Shown piece after piece: positions 15,994-24,375 of a stretch of 25,614 nt of DNA; position 1 is the stretch's first letter, and each line of letters begins with the position of its first letter. Both the position numbers and the translations under genes were made by a program. The notes beneath the pieces are model-generated. The model made no database searches. It was not told the origin of the DNA and worked only from the letters and a program-made list of their open reading frames with translations. Origin of the DNA: a virus. Taxonomy: Duplodnaviria > Caudoviricetes. The stretch lies in IMG/VR virus record IMGVR_UViG_3300032330_000602, positions 1-25,614 of that record; one strand, given 5' to 3'.

Positions 15994-16416
15994 TTAAGCT
16001 GGCTCAGCCATCACGTTGGTGAGCCATGCACGACCGCGAGGATTCGCGTCTTCCATAAGCTCGAACGGGTATGCTAAACCGTGGCGTGCGATCATGTCAA
16101 TCTGATCAGGCGCTGCCGGGTTACGTGTGACTTGGCTGTACTTAGTTTCCTTCATGCGGGCCAAGATTTCAACATACTTACGACGCACCGTGGTAGGCAC
16201 TCCGCGCATGATGGGCTGGTTGGTCCCGTTGCAATTGAGGATAACGTGGGGAGACTGATTCTCGTCAGTGCTGGAGTGGACCAACACAGTGACCATCTCG
16301 TTCATGAACAGTTCGCTGGAAGCTAGTTCGCGCAGATCTAGGACTTGCGAAACGGGGTCGATTGTCGGTGCGTCATCAAGGATTTCGATGCCAGCGACTA
16401 CTTTTTTTGTTGCCAT
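15994..16416 (-). CDS. Hypothetical morphogenesis protein (140 aa; start likely 16416)
   Basis: GGAG lies 7 nt before ATG 16416 but only 1 nt before ATG 16422. Confidence 0.8.
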   Translation of the reverse strand: MATKKVVAGIEILDDAPTIDPVSQVLDLRELASSELFMNEMVTVLVHSSTDENQSPHVILNCNGTNQPIMRGVPTTVRRKYVEILARMKETKYSQVTRNPAAPDQIDMIARHGLAYPFELMEDANPRGRAWLTNVMAEPA

Positions 16417-16452
16417 TTTCATTCTCCGTTGGGGTTAAAAAACTGTCTTGCC

Positions 16453-16481
16453 AAAAAGCAGACCACCCGAAGGCGGCCTGC
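16453..16481 (-). terminator. Intrinsic terminator after the capsid/decoration genes
   Basis: GCAGGCCGCC-TTCG-GGTGGTCTGC-TTTTT: 10-bp stem with two G.U pairs and a cUUCGg tetraloop. Confidence 0.85.
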
Positions 16482-16510
16482 ATAAAAACCTCTTCAAGGA
16501 GGATGGCAAA

Positions 16511-16948
16511 TTATTGTGCGCTACCGGGCATGTCCATGCAGTCGTAGTACGCTGCGGTAATGCCAGTGGCGGACAGGTCGGTGCTACCGGGCGTGAACGT
16601 AACTGCCGAGCTGGTAGTCACTTTGATCAGACCGACCAAAGTTGTACCGGCTGTAGTTTGGCCGGGCACGGGGCAAGGATCGCCGGAGGTAACGATAGGA
16701 CCTTGAGTGGTCGTAACGGTGCCGCCCGAAGTGATCCACACAGCGAACAAACAAGCTTGGCTTGCGGCCAGCGCGGTGCCAGTCGAAAAAGTCAAGTTGT
16801 CGGTAGCCGACTTGGATTTGAAAACACCGTTGCTGGTGTAGGTCAGGGTGTTAGCAGTTTTGAACGTGTTGGCGTTCGTGCCTTCAGCCAGACCGGCAGC
16901 GGTAAGCGAGAGATAGCCACTGTTGGCTTGTTCGATGTTGTAAGACAT
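16511..16948 (-). CDS. Putative capsid decoration/minor head protein (145 aa)
   Basis: Thr/Ala/Gly beta-rich; SD AAGGA; lies inside the capsid unit before the terminator. Confidence 0.65.
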   Translation of the reverse strand: MSYNIEQANSGYLSLTAAGLAEGTNANTFKTANTLTYTSNGVFKSKSATDNLTFSTGTALAASQACLFAVWITSGGTVTTTQGPIVTSGDPCPVPGQTTAGTTLVGLIKVTTSSAVTFTPGSTDLSATGITAAYYDCMDMPGSAQ

Positions 16949-16970
16949 GGAAAAATTCCTTTACAAAAAA

Positions 16971-17471
16971 TTAAGAGACTGTTGCCGAGAACGGAGTTGC
17001 TTCCGTGCCAGTGGCTTTGGTAAACACTCGTACGGCATATGAGCCCGCAATTGCGTCGATGATTTCAATAAAATCACCTGCATATCCGCCCAACGTAGTG
17101 CCGTTAAGTGTGATAGTGTCGTCGGTAGATGCCGTAGCATAGCCAAGTACCGCAGCCGAGTTATCACTGATCACGAATGCGCGGCCGGTCATCACATCGG
17201 TAGCATTGTTCACCTTGATGGTGGTGCTGTTCGATGTAATGGTCGTGCCAATCACAAAACGATATACCGAGCCAGTGCCGGTAGCATTAGGCAGAGTAAT
17301 TGCACAACCTGCTGCGGCATTGATTACGACGGTACGGCCTGCTTGACCGTCTGATGTAATTGTTAGCGTAGCGCCCGTCACGTTTACTGGGGTAGTGGCA
17401 AGCACCGCTCCAATCACGTTTCCGGTCAATCGGCCATCATTTACAAGGCTATAGAAAGCTGGATTGCTCAT
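16971..17471 (-). CDS. Putative capsid decoration/head-fibre protein (166 aa)
   Basis: Beta-rich with ITLPNATGTG..YRF motif; SD AAGGA; directly after the capsid gene. Confidence 0.65.
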   Translation of the reverse strand: MSNPAFYSLVNDGRLTGNVIGAVLATTPVNVTGATLTITSDGQAGRTVVINAAAGCAITLPNATGTGSVYRFVIGTTITSNSTTIKVNNATDVMTGRAFVISDNSAAVLGYATASTDDTITLNGTTLGGYAGDFIEIIDAIAGSYAVRVFTKATGTEATPFSATVS

Positions 17472-17490
17472 GGTGTGTTCCTTTAGTTAA

Positions 17491-17520
17491 GACGGGACCG
17501 GGTTGCCCCGGCCCCTAGTC
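17491..17520 (-). promoter_or_regulatory. Stable hairpin after the capsid stop, without a U-tract
   Basis: GGGGCCGGG-GCAA-CCCGGTCCC (GNRA loop), following TAA TGA tandem stops. Confidence 0.65.
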
Positions 17521-17521
17521 A

Positions 17522-18583
17522 TTACAGAGCGGTCACACCGGCTTCGATACGGGCCATGAAGGCGTCGTTCAGACGCACAGTCGCGAACCATGTGGAAGCG
17601 CCCACGTAGCCGAATTGGCCCAGTGGGTTGGCGTGGTTGGTCTGCGATGCTTTGAGCACCACAGGCTTGATTGCCGACATGCCCTTGAGAGCAACTTGGC
17701 CCCAAGCGTCTTCACCGATGATGATGAAGGGGTACACGTCGACGTTGGAAGCACCAACCGACAGCATGCCACTCGAACCAACCGAAGCGCCGGCTGCCAA
17801 GAACGACTTCAACAGCGGAGAGCTGATAAAGCGGAAGTCTTCGCAAGCACCGACTTCGCGGTCGTGGATTGGCTTGAATGAACCGTACTCTTCAACACGG
17901 GTAAAACCGGGCAGATTACGGATATCGCTGACAGCGTCAGTGTGGCAGAACACAACGTAGGCGGGCTGCACTGCGCGGGTACCAAAGTTAACACCGGGAG
18001 CCAGACGGCTGGTCACGCGGCGTGAACGGTTGGACTCGAGAGTACGAGCTGCTTTACGGATTGCGTTCAGGCTGATAGCTGTGTTGATTGCAGAGCGGCT
18101 GGAGCCGTTTGCATAGATCACAGTGGAACCAGCTTTCAACACGCCGTAACGAACCATCTCCATCACCTCAGCCAGAGTCTCGCCAGTCAGCTTGACCATT
18201 TCGCCGGGGATGTCGTCTTCGTACAGTTGTTCAACTTTGCTGGAGTACTTGAACAGTACGCCATATTGCTGAAGCTGAACCGATACGTCTTGGAACGAGA
18301 TCGTGTTTGCGTTAGGAGTCACACCCTCAGCCAACACGAAGTTGGAAGCGGTGATGTCCGGTGTACCGACGTAGCGGCTGGTGTTTTCGATTGTGGTACC
18401 GGAGGTCGATGCGCCGAAGGGCAGAGTACGACGGAACACCAAGGTGTCTGTCGAATTCTGGGGCATCTCACGTTGAGTACCGAAGTCGCCCAAAACAGTG
18501 ATGGGCTGGGCGTGTTCAAGCATACCTTGGGCGGCGCGGATTAAGTTACGCGACGCTACGGTGCCGTAATTTTGGATAGACAT
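17522..18583 (-). CDS. Major capsid protein, N4-gp56 family (353 aa)
   Basis: MPQNS...VFRR, LAEGVTP, LQQYG, CHTD..SDIR..PGF..VEEYG, EVG...FRF and NPLGQFGYVG...W motifs; SD AAGGA; follows the scaffold. Confidence 0.92.
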   Translation of the reverse strand: MSIQNYGTVASRNLIRAAQGMLEHAQPITVLGDFGTQREMPQNSTDTLVFRRTLPFGASTSGTTIENTSRYVGTPDITASNFVLAEGVTPNANTISFQDVSVQLQQYGVLFKYSSKVEQLYEDDIPGEMVKLTGETLAEVMEMVRYGVLKAGSTVIYANGSSRSAINTAISLNAIRKAARTLESNRSRRVTSRLAPGVNFGTRAVQPAYVVFCHTDAVSDIRNLPGFTRVEEYGSFKPIHDREVGACEDFRFISSPLLKSFLAAGASVGSSGMLSVGASNVDVYPFIIIGEDAWGQVALKGMSAIKPVVLKASQTNHANPLGQFGYVGASTWFATVRLNDAFMARIEAGVTAL

Positions 18584-18612
18584 AGTCTAGATTTCCTTAT
18601 ACAAAAATTGAG

Positions 18613-19506
18613 TTAATAGCCGCGATCTTTAAGCTCTCGCTCACGTTTCTTGGCTTCGTAGTTCCACAGTTCTTCTGGTGACATGTCGCCAAGTGTTTTA
18701 GGCGGCGGCGTCTGGCCAGTTCGAGTTGTCGCAGCGGCAGCGAGTCGTGCTCCGCGCTCTTGCTTGATGTCCGTGGCTGAAACTGATTTGGCTGTTTGGT
18801 ACATGTCCAACATCCGTATCGCGTCTCGCGCCGCTGAGCTATCAGCGAGTGCTCGGGTCTCTGGCGATTGCACGGCGAACCATTGCGCAAATTCGGTCGT
18901 GTTGACCGTATCACGCCAGTTCTCGTACTTGCCTTCAATCCGGGCTTCTTCCATGAGGCGCCCCATCTCGGACTTGGTTTGCGCAACCTGCTGCTGCACA
19001 TACTGTGTCACCTGTTCAGGTGTCAAAAGCTGTTGCGGCGACGGTTGGTTACCAAGTTTAGATGCGACGTATTCCTCCATCGCTCCTGCCCACTCAGGGA
19101 AATCCTGCTTAAGCTGCTCCCACTTCTCTGGGTTTTTAGCTGCATTGACGATTGCGCCTTGCGATGGTGCGTCTTGCGGTGCGACTTGCGCCGCTGCTTG
19201 ACGTGCCTGCTCAGCCTCTCGTTGCATTGCTGCCACGCGACCCTCGGTCGTTTTAACATGGTGCAGCAGTTGAGCATTTGCCTGTGCTAATTCGTCAATC
19301 TGTGCGAGTTTTGCACGGACTGTCGGGGATAGCCCAGCCAGTGGGTCTTCCGGTTCGGGTACGGGTTCTGGTGCGAGTTCCTGCGGCGTTTCCGGCGCAG
19401 CGGCTAAGGCATCAACTGCGGACGAGTTATCGTCGGCATCGAGCTTGGCAGCCTCCTCATTCCAAAGGTTTTGTACTTCTTCCGAAGACATTTGGGTTTC
19501 TTCCAC
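18613..19506 (-). CDS. Putative scaffolding protein (297 aa; GTG start revised to 19506)
   Basis: AGGAG SD precedes GTG 19506; acidic N-terminus, coiled coils, LKQDFPEW and a C-terminal EELWNY helix; immediately upstream of the capsid gene. Confidence 0.8.
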   Translation of the reverse strand: MEETQMSSEEVQNLWNEEAAKLDADDNSSAVDALAAAPETPQELAPEPVPEPEDPLAGLSPTVRAKLAQIDELAQANAQLLHHVKTTEGRVAAMQREAEQARQAAAQVAPQDAPSQGAIVNAAKNPEKWEQLKQDFPEWAGAMEEYVASKLGNQPSPQQLLTPEQVTQYVQQQVAQTKSEMGRLMEEARIEGKYENWRDTVNTTEFAQWFAVQSPETRALADSSAARDAIRMLDMYQTAKSVSATDIKQERGARLAAAATTRTGQTPPPKTLGDMSPEELWNYEAKKRERELKDRGY

Positions 19507-19565
19507 TTTTTGCTCTCCTAACAATGACCGCATTTTGGCGATCGACTAACACGGTTAAGCGAGAT

Positions 19566-19766
19566 TTACTCCGGCTCAACCACCACACCCCGAGTTACCG
19601 CATTGGGTAAGTCGAGAAATCTTTTAATGAAACGAATCTCACCGCGCAACGTAGCTGTCTCTATGTCGGAGAGCGCGACAGCGTCGTTTTTTATTCTGGC
19701 CTGCTGCAATTGGGCTTCTGCCCATTTGCGTAGCTCGTGCCATGTGCCGGATGAGTAATCGGTCAT
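19566..19766 (-). CDS. Small head-assembly protein, Bbp19-like (66 aa)
   Basis: W...RKWAE...LRGEIRFIKRFLDLP pattern typical of the small gene between portal and scaffold in podophages; no obvious SD. Confidence 0.7.
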   Translation of the reverse strand: MTDYSSGTWHELRKWAEAQLQQARIKNDAVALSDIETATLRGEIRFIKRFLDLPNAVTRGVVVEPE

Positions 19767-19770
19767 TCAA

Positions 19771-19798
19771 TGAAAAAGCCAGCTTAGGGGCTGGCTTT
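19771..19798 (-). terminator. Intrinsic terminator-like hairpin in front of the head genes
   Basis: AAAGCCAGC-CCCTAA-GCTGGCTTT-TTCATT on the minus strand. Confidence 0.75.
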
Positions 19799-19808
19799 GG
19801 TAAATTTT

Positions 19809-19864
19809 GGGCGCACTTCGCCCGAAGAAATTTTATAACACATTGTGGCAAGAACGCAACACAT
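19809..19864 (-). promoter_or_regulatory. Putative sigma70-type late promoter A with conserved leader element
   Basis: TTGCGT (19859-19854), 18 nt, TAAAAT (19835-19830; an overlapping TGnTATAAA also fits), then TTCTT-CGGG-CGAA-GTGCGCCC, in an AT-rich 100-bp intergenic gap. Confidence 0.68.
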
Positions 19865-19867
19865 ATT

Positions 19868-20569
19868 TTAAAGAGCCTTGCGGCCCTGCATTACTTGGCC
19901 AATTAACCCGGCCTCTTGGCCAGCCAAAGAGGGATTGGCCGACCGCCGAAGCTCCGCCTTGGTGGGGTCTGGGGCCTTGGCCGTGAACTCTTTTGTCCAT
20001 GGAGCCGGCTTGTCCATGAAGGTCGGGGCATCGTACTCAATGGTATATACCGTGGGGTCGCGTAAGATCCCGCCGTCATTGTCACTTCGTTCGGCGCCTT
20101 CTTTCTGGCTAATTACGCGGACTTTATTAGGGTCGATAAACTTTTGGGTTGCGTTCCCATCCGCGTTCGGCTCACCCGCTACGTAAAAATACTCCGGCTG
20201 CGCGTAGCCGCTGTCGTCAACGCCGCCCCCGCCCTTGTAGACGTTGGTTAGTGTCTTGGTTTGTGTACCCGTTGGGTTTTGCCTAAGTAGGGAATACCCG
20301 GGGCTATCAGATATGCCGCTCATCCCAGCGTACCCCGCCGGGGCGTTGGCCGTGGTTAATTTGCCCGTTGCCTGATCGGCTGTATAAAACTGACCGTTGG
20401 TTGCCCCGAGAGGGTCATACGAGCCGCCATACACGTACGGATTGCCATTGGCGTCCCGCATTATCGACGCGTTGTACGTATTGGCGATCTGCTGCTGCCC
20501 CTTAGCCTGTCTATTGTAGACGGCTAGGGCGCGTTGGTACGCATCGAGATCGCGGGCAAGTACGCTCAC
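19868..20569 (-). CDS. Hypothetical protein (233 aa)
   Basis: GTGA overlap with the upstream gene; N-terminal helix followed by Tyr/Gly-rich sequence. Confidence 0.8.
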   Translation of the reverse strand: MSVLARDLDAYQRALAVYNRQAKGQQQIANTYNASIMRDANGNPYVYGGSYDPLGATNGQFYTADQATGKLTTANAPAGYAGMSGISDSPGYSLLRQNPTGTQTKTLTNVYKGGGGVDDSGYAQPEYFYVAGEPNADGNATQKFIDPNKVRVISQKEGAERSDNDGGILRDPTVYTIEYDAPTFMDKPAPWTKEFTAKAPDPTKAELRRSANPSLAGQEAGLIGQVMQGRKAL

Positions 20570-22131
20570 GCCTTAATCCAGTCTGCTGTAGGCGGAGAAT
20601 AGCCGCCCGTTGGGGATGTCCAGCGCTGGCCTGTTACGGGGTTATACCAATTTTGGGTAGCTTGCGTATTAACAGACCCGGCAGCCGGGGCCGCAAATTG
20701 GTACGGGTTGTACGGTGTCATGCCCGCTCCGGCGGTGTTGTTACCCATGGGGCCTATTTGCGGCGTCACTCCGGTCGGCAGGCCAGCTTGGGCGTTCTGT
20801 GTGTACAACTGTTGCGCCACGCCGGAGATCAAGCCGCCATTATTGACATTGCCTGACGATGTGTTGGATACGTTGAACGTACCGGGGGTAAGCGTATTGG
20901 CGCCAGTGATCAGGCCGGTTACGGGTTTTCCCGTAAGAGGATCAAGCCTTACCGCGTTTGATTGCGATGTAAAGCCGGCAGTGCCGACAACGCCAGTGTT
21001 ACTGGTGTTGGCCGGGACAGCTAAGGTTGTCGTGCCGGGAGCGGCGGTGGAAAGCGTACTGCCGACGGTACCCGTTGTAGTTTGTGCCGAAGTGCCGGTC
21101 GGAAGGGTAGCGGTGGTTGTTTTGCCCGTAGTACCACCTGTGATACCAGTAAGAATTGCCGGCGTGGAAGTTGAAGCGGGGACTGATGTTGCTGTGCCAC
21201 TGACGATCGGAGGCGTGTAAGTGCTGCCGCCTGTGCCGCCTGTGCCGCCTGTGCCGCCTGTGCCGCCGGTACCTGTGCCGCCTGTGCCGCCTGTGCCGCC
21301 GGTACCTGTGCCGCCGGTGCCGCCTGTGCCTGTGTCAACCACGCCGCCTTTTGCGCGTGGATTCCCGCCCCATTGTTGCCAATAGGAATCGTACGCCGCG
21401 TCTCCCAGCCTGCCAAGGTCGGCCAGAAATTTGGCGGTGTTAACCTTGCCCTCAAACCTTGTCCCTGTTGTCCAATTGGAGTTGTAGGTTGATCCCACCC
21501 TAGATTGCATCTGCTGAAAGGTTTGGTCGGATTGTTCCGGCAAGTACCCGTTTTTTAGATTAGATTCAGTGGCGGCAACTAAATAAGCCGGGTCGCTGTA
21601 CATAGCCGCCAAAGCTTTTTCAGCCGCTGCAAGCGGATCTGTCGCACTATTAATGGCTTCCCAATTGCGAGCATCTGGATTAGCCCCAACATTGCCGTAC
21701 AAAGCTGCACTTGCCCGCGTCAACGCGGCTTGGTTTTTTTCGTAGTCCGGGTTTGATTTGTCGTAAAACCATTTGTCAATAGTATTGCCAGTGGCTTTCT
21801 CCACCATGGTTTTCATGTCCGGGCGGGCGCCTGTATTGGCCCCTGCCAAACCTGTGTAACCGCCTAAGCCAGCAGCAGCGCTTTCGGCGGCAACTTGCTG
21901 CTGTTCCGCATACGCGGCTTTTGTTTCTGGCGAAGCATTTTGATTGGCGGCTACCCAGCCTTGCACGCCGTCCATGCTGGCAAGGGCGATGGGGCTAACT
22001 TGCTTTTGAAGCGCCGAGTTAATCTGTTCCGACGAATAACCCTTATCAAGCAAGCCACTGTATTGGATTGCTTTGTCGGCAACGCTTGCCGCCTCAAAAG
22101 TGTCCGGTATTTTAATCGGGGGCAGCGCCAT
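20566..22131 (-). CDS. Hypothetical protein with a helical N-half and Gly/Thr low-complexity C-half (521 aa), possibly an internal virion protein
   Basis: SD AAGGAG overlapping the portal stop; GGT linker; LDKGYSSEQINSAL motif. Confidence 0.82.
   Translation of the reverse strand: MALPPIKIPDTFEAASVADKAIQYSGLLDKGYSSEQINSALQKQVSPIALASMDGVQGWVAANQNASPETKAAYAEQQQVAAESAAAGLGGYTGLAGANTGARPDMKTMVEKATGNTIDKWFYDKSNPDYEKNQAALTRASAALYGNVGANPDARNWEAINSATDPLAAAEKALAAMYSDPAYLVAATESNLKNGYLPEQSDQTFQQMQSRVGSTYNSNWTTGTRFEGKVNTAKFLADLGRLGDAAYDSYWQQWGGNPRAKGGVVDTGTGGTGGTGTGGTGGTGGTGTGGTGGTGGTGGTGGSTYTPPIVSGTATSVPASTSTPAILTGITGGTTGKTTTATLPTGTSAQTTTGTVGSTLSTAAPGTTTLAVPANTSNTGVVGTAGFTSQSNAVRLDPLTGKPVTGLITGANTLTPGTFNVSNTSSGNVNNGGLISGVAQQLYTQNAQAGLPTGVTPQIGPMGNNTAGAGMTPYNPYQFAAPAAGSVNTQATQNWYNPVTGQRWTSPTGGYSPPTADWIKA
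21225..21334. repeat. 9-bp in-frame minisatellite (CCTGTGCCG)n interrupted by GGTA, encoding (GGT)n
   Basis: About eleven near-identical units directly visible, with a 33-bp higher-order period. Confidence 0.92.
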
Positions 22132-22143
22132 ATTAAATTCTCC

Positions 22144-24366
22144 TTAGATTCCAGATCCAGTGGACAGCTTGAGCTGTTGCTCTGCGGCAAACAACTCTTT
22201 GCGCCCACGTTCTTTCATAGCCGTGTCGGCCAGCTTGGCCTTGATCGACTCGATGCTGATATTCTGCGAGTTTGAAAGTTTCAGCATTTCGATTTCGCGG
22301 GTCATCTGCAATTCCATCACACGAAGCTCGGCTTCCTGCTCGGCAATTGCCTTGCGTGTTTGCAACTCTTGCAAGTCGCCTTGGTTTTGCAATTGCACTT
22401 TCTGCATCTCTGCCTGCGAACGAACCTGCGCCACGGCCAGTGCCGGGTCGGGTGCCGGGCCTTGGGCAGCGGCCTGCTTCTGTGCTTCCTTGATCTGCTC
22501 GATCTCTTCTTCCGGCTTGAACACATCCTTGGGGTCGATGTGCTGGGCCTGCAAAGCCTTTTCAAACAGCTTCTGAGTATCAAGATACATACCGTAGACG
22601 GGGTTGGCCCCGGCGGCAAGCAGATTCAGGAACGACTGGTTCTGGATATCGCGGACCACCAGTGCGCTGGAGCCGCGTGCATCGATCGAGAAGTCGCCCT
22701 TGATCTCTTCGTCCTCGTTGTACATCATGTTGTAGTCGTAGTACCGGCGGATGTGGGGCCGAGTAATCATGTCGTCGAACTGTTTCACGAGCCTGCGCAG
22801 CACCACGTTGGCGCTGTTCATCAACATCTGCATTCCGCCCACGGTATCCGGCGCCGCGCCCTTCTCGCCCTGCATGATCGTGGGCACGCCGGTCTCGGCA
22901 TCCGCCAGCTCGGTGGCCATCTTGATGATGCCGGCCAGCTCGGCTTGGTGGCTGTTGAACTCGAACGTGCTAAACGCCTTGCGCACGTCGTCAATGTCGT
23001 CGGTGGCGTACCAGATCTTGCGTGCCGATAGCTGCCACTGCTTGTCGGCTGGCTGGATCACGCCGGGCTTGACGACGATCTGCGGGCCACTGGAGACACC
23101 GGAGTTGTCCATCATCTGGCGCCATGCCGCGTTAAGGACCTTCTGCTGTGAGCGCATGAGGTACGGGATACCATAGCCCCACATCGTGCCGGCAATCTTC
23201 TCCCAGACGTAGAAGTCGTACGGCAGATCGCCGCCTTCCAGTGGGTTCAAGAACGCCTTGACCACGGTGTCGTTAATCATGATGACGCACGCGCTGATGC
23301 TGCGCAGCTCGTCCTTCTCGCCTACGCTCACGCCGGCAACCTCGAGGTCGTCGTGCTCGACTTCACCCCAGTAGGTCCACATCTCGTACGTCAGGCGGGT
23401 CATGTCGCGCTGGTCTTCGTCGGTCAGCTCACGCAGGGTGGCGGACTGCTTGGGGCCCTCCTCCAGCACTTTGCGCAATTGGCCCTTCATGAAACCGGGC
23501 TGCTTGGCAAGGTCGCGGATCTGTTTGGCCGTAACCTGTTCGCGCTCGTAAATGCCCTTGCCGTGGTGGATGTTCTCGCCGCAGCCCGGGTCTGGCCAGA
23601 TGTTGCGTGGGTCAACCCGGAAAGACGCGGGGCTGATCTCCTGCACGATTTCAACTTGGTGGATTGTCTCGCCCGAACTGTCGGTGATAGGTTGCCACGC
23701 CTTGCGCGTGCGGTTGGTGACGATCGGGCCCTTGATCACGCCAGTGCCCAGCACGGCGGCGTCGTGGATCACCTTGCGCAATTCGCTGTTGTAATCGCAC
23801 TCGACAAGCTGGTCCTCGATCTCGGTCTGCATGGCCTCGGCCTTTTTGTTGGCCACTTCCAAGGCTGCCTTGACCACGTCGCGCACGCGGGCTGGCTGGC
23901 CGTTCTCGCCCATGACTTGCTGGCCCTGTTGGTCCATCGCAGGCTTGTTGTCCTTGGTCATGCTCATAAGCTGCGGGTCCGGCGTGGGCTGGATGCCCCA
24001 GTTGCGGTCGTCCGTAGGTAGCAAGATGTCTGCGAGGCGGGCCTCGGCGGCATTGGTTTTCTGCCGGGTCATGCCAATAAACACCGTCGAGCGGTGCGGC
24101 TTGGCCATCTGGGTCGTCACCGGGTAGCCCTGCTCCACGCTGGTCATCATCTGACTGGCGGCCTTGGCTACGTTGTCTTTGCCGTTGTACTGGTCCTCGT
24201 CCTCGATCCAGCGTTTGTCCACGCCATAGGAACTGCGCGAACGGATCCATTCGTCACGCTGGCCGGAGAGGGTGCTGCCAAAGGCTTGCAACTTCTCGGC
24301 CTGCTTGGCCATCATGGCTTCGCGGTCTTGGAAGTCGACCTCGACTTCGATCTGTTGTGGTTCCAT
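22144..24366 (-). CDS. Portal protein (P22-like, with long C-terminal helical barrel), 740 aa
   Basis: HDAAVLGTGVIKGP, RVDPRNIWPDP, WGYGIP...QKVLNAAWRQMMDN, ETGVP...QG and DARGS; Q/E/K-rich C-terminal coil; position after the terminase. Confidence 0.9.
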   Translation of the reverse strand: MEPQQIEVEVDFQDREAMMAKQAEKLQAFGSTLSGQRDEWIRSRSSYGVDKRWIEDEDQYNGKDNVAKAASQMMTSVEQGYPVTTQMAKPHRSTVFIGMTRQKTNAAEARLADILLPTDDRNWGIQPTPDPQLMSMTKDNKPAMDQQGQQVMGENGQPARVRDVVKAALEVANKKAEAMQTEIEDQLVECDYNSELRKVIHDAAVLGTGVIKGPIVTNRTRKAWQPITDSSGETIHQVEIVQEISPASFRVDPRNIWPDPGCGENIHHGKGIYEREQVTAKQIRDLAKQPGFMKGQLRKVLEEGPKQSATLRELTDEDQRDMTRLTYEMWTYWGEVEHDDLEVAGVSVGEKDELRSISACVIMINDTVVKAFLNPLEGGDLPYDFYVWEKIAGTMWGYGIPYLMRSQQKVLNAAWRQMMDNSGVSSGPQIVVKPGVIQPADKQWQLSARKIWYATDDIDDVRKAFSTFEFNSHQAELAGIIKMATELADAETGVPTIMQGEKGAAPDTVGGMQMLMNSANVVLRRLVKQFDDMITRPHIRRYYDYNMMYNEDEEIKGDFSIDARGSSALVVRDIQNQSFLNLLAAGANPVYGMYLDTQKLFEKALQAQHIDPKDVFKPEEEIEQIKEAQKQAAAQGPAPDPALAVAQVRSQAEMQKVQLQNQGDLQELQTRKAIAEQEAELRVMELQMTREIEMLKLSNSQNISIESIKAKLADTAMKERGRKELFAAEQQLKLSTGSGI

Positions 24367-24375
24367 GATGGCGGC

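Noticed and set aside
17487-17705. T7 10B-style frameshift or readthrough extension of the capsid into the next gene
   Set aside because: Tandem TAA TGA in frame, and both other frames stop (TAG, TAA) before the next gene; no slippery heptamer noticed.
19524-19556. Small hairpins upstream of the scaffold gene
   Set aside because: Stems are only 4-6 bp with a G.U pair, within chance expectation.
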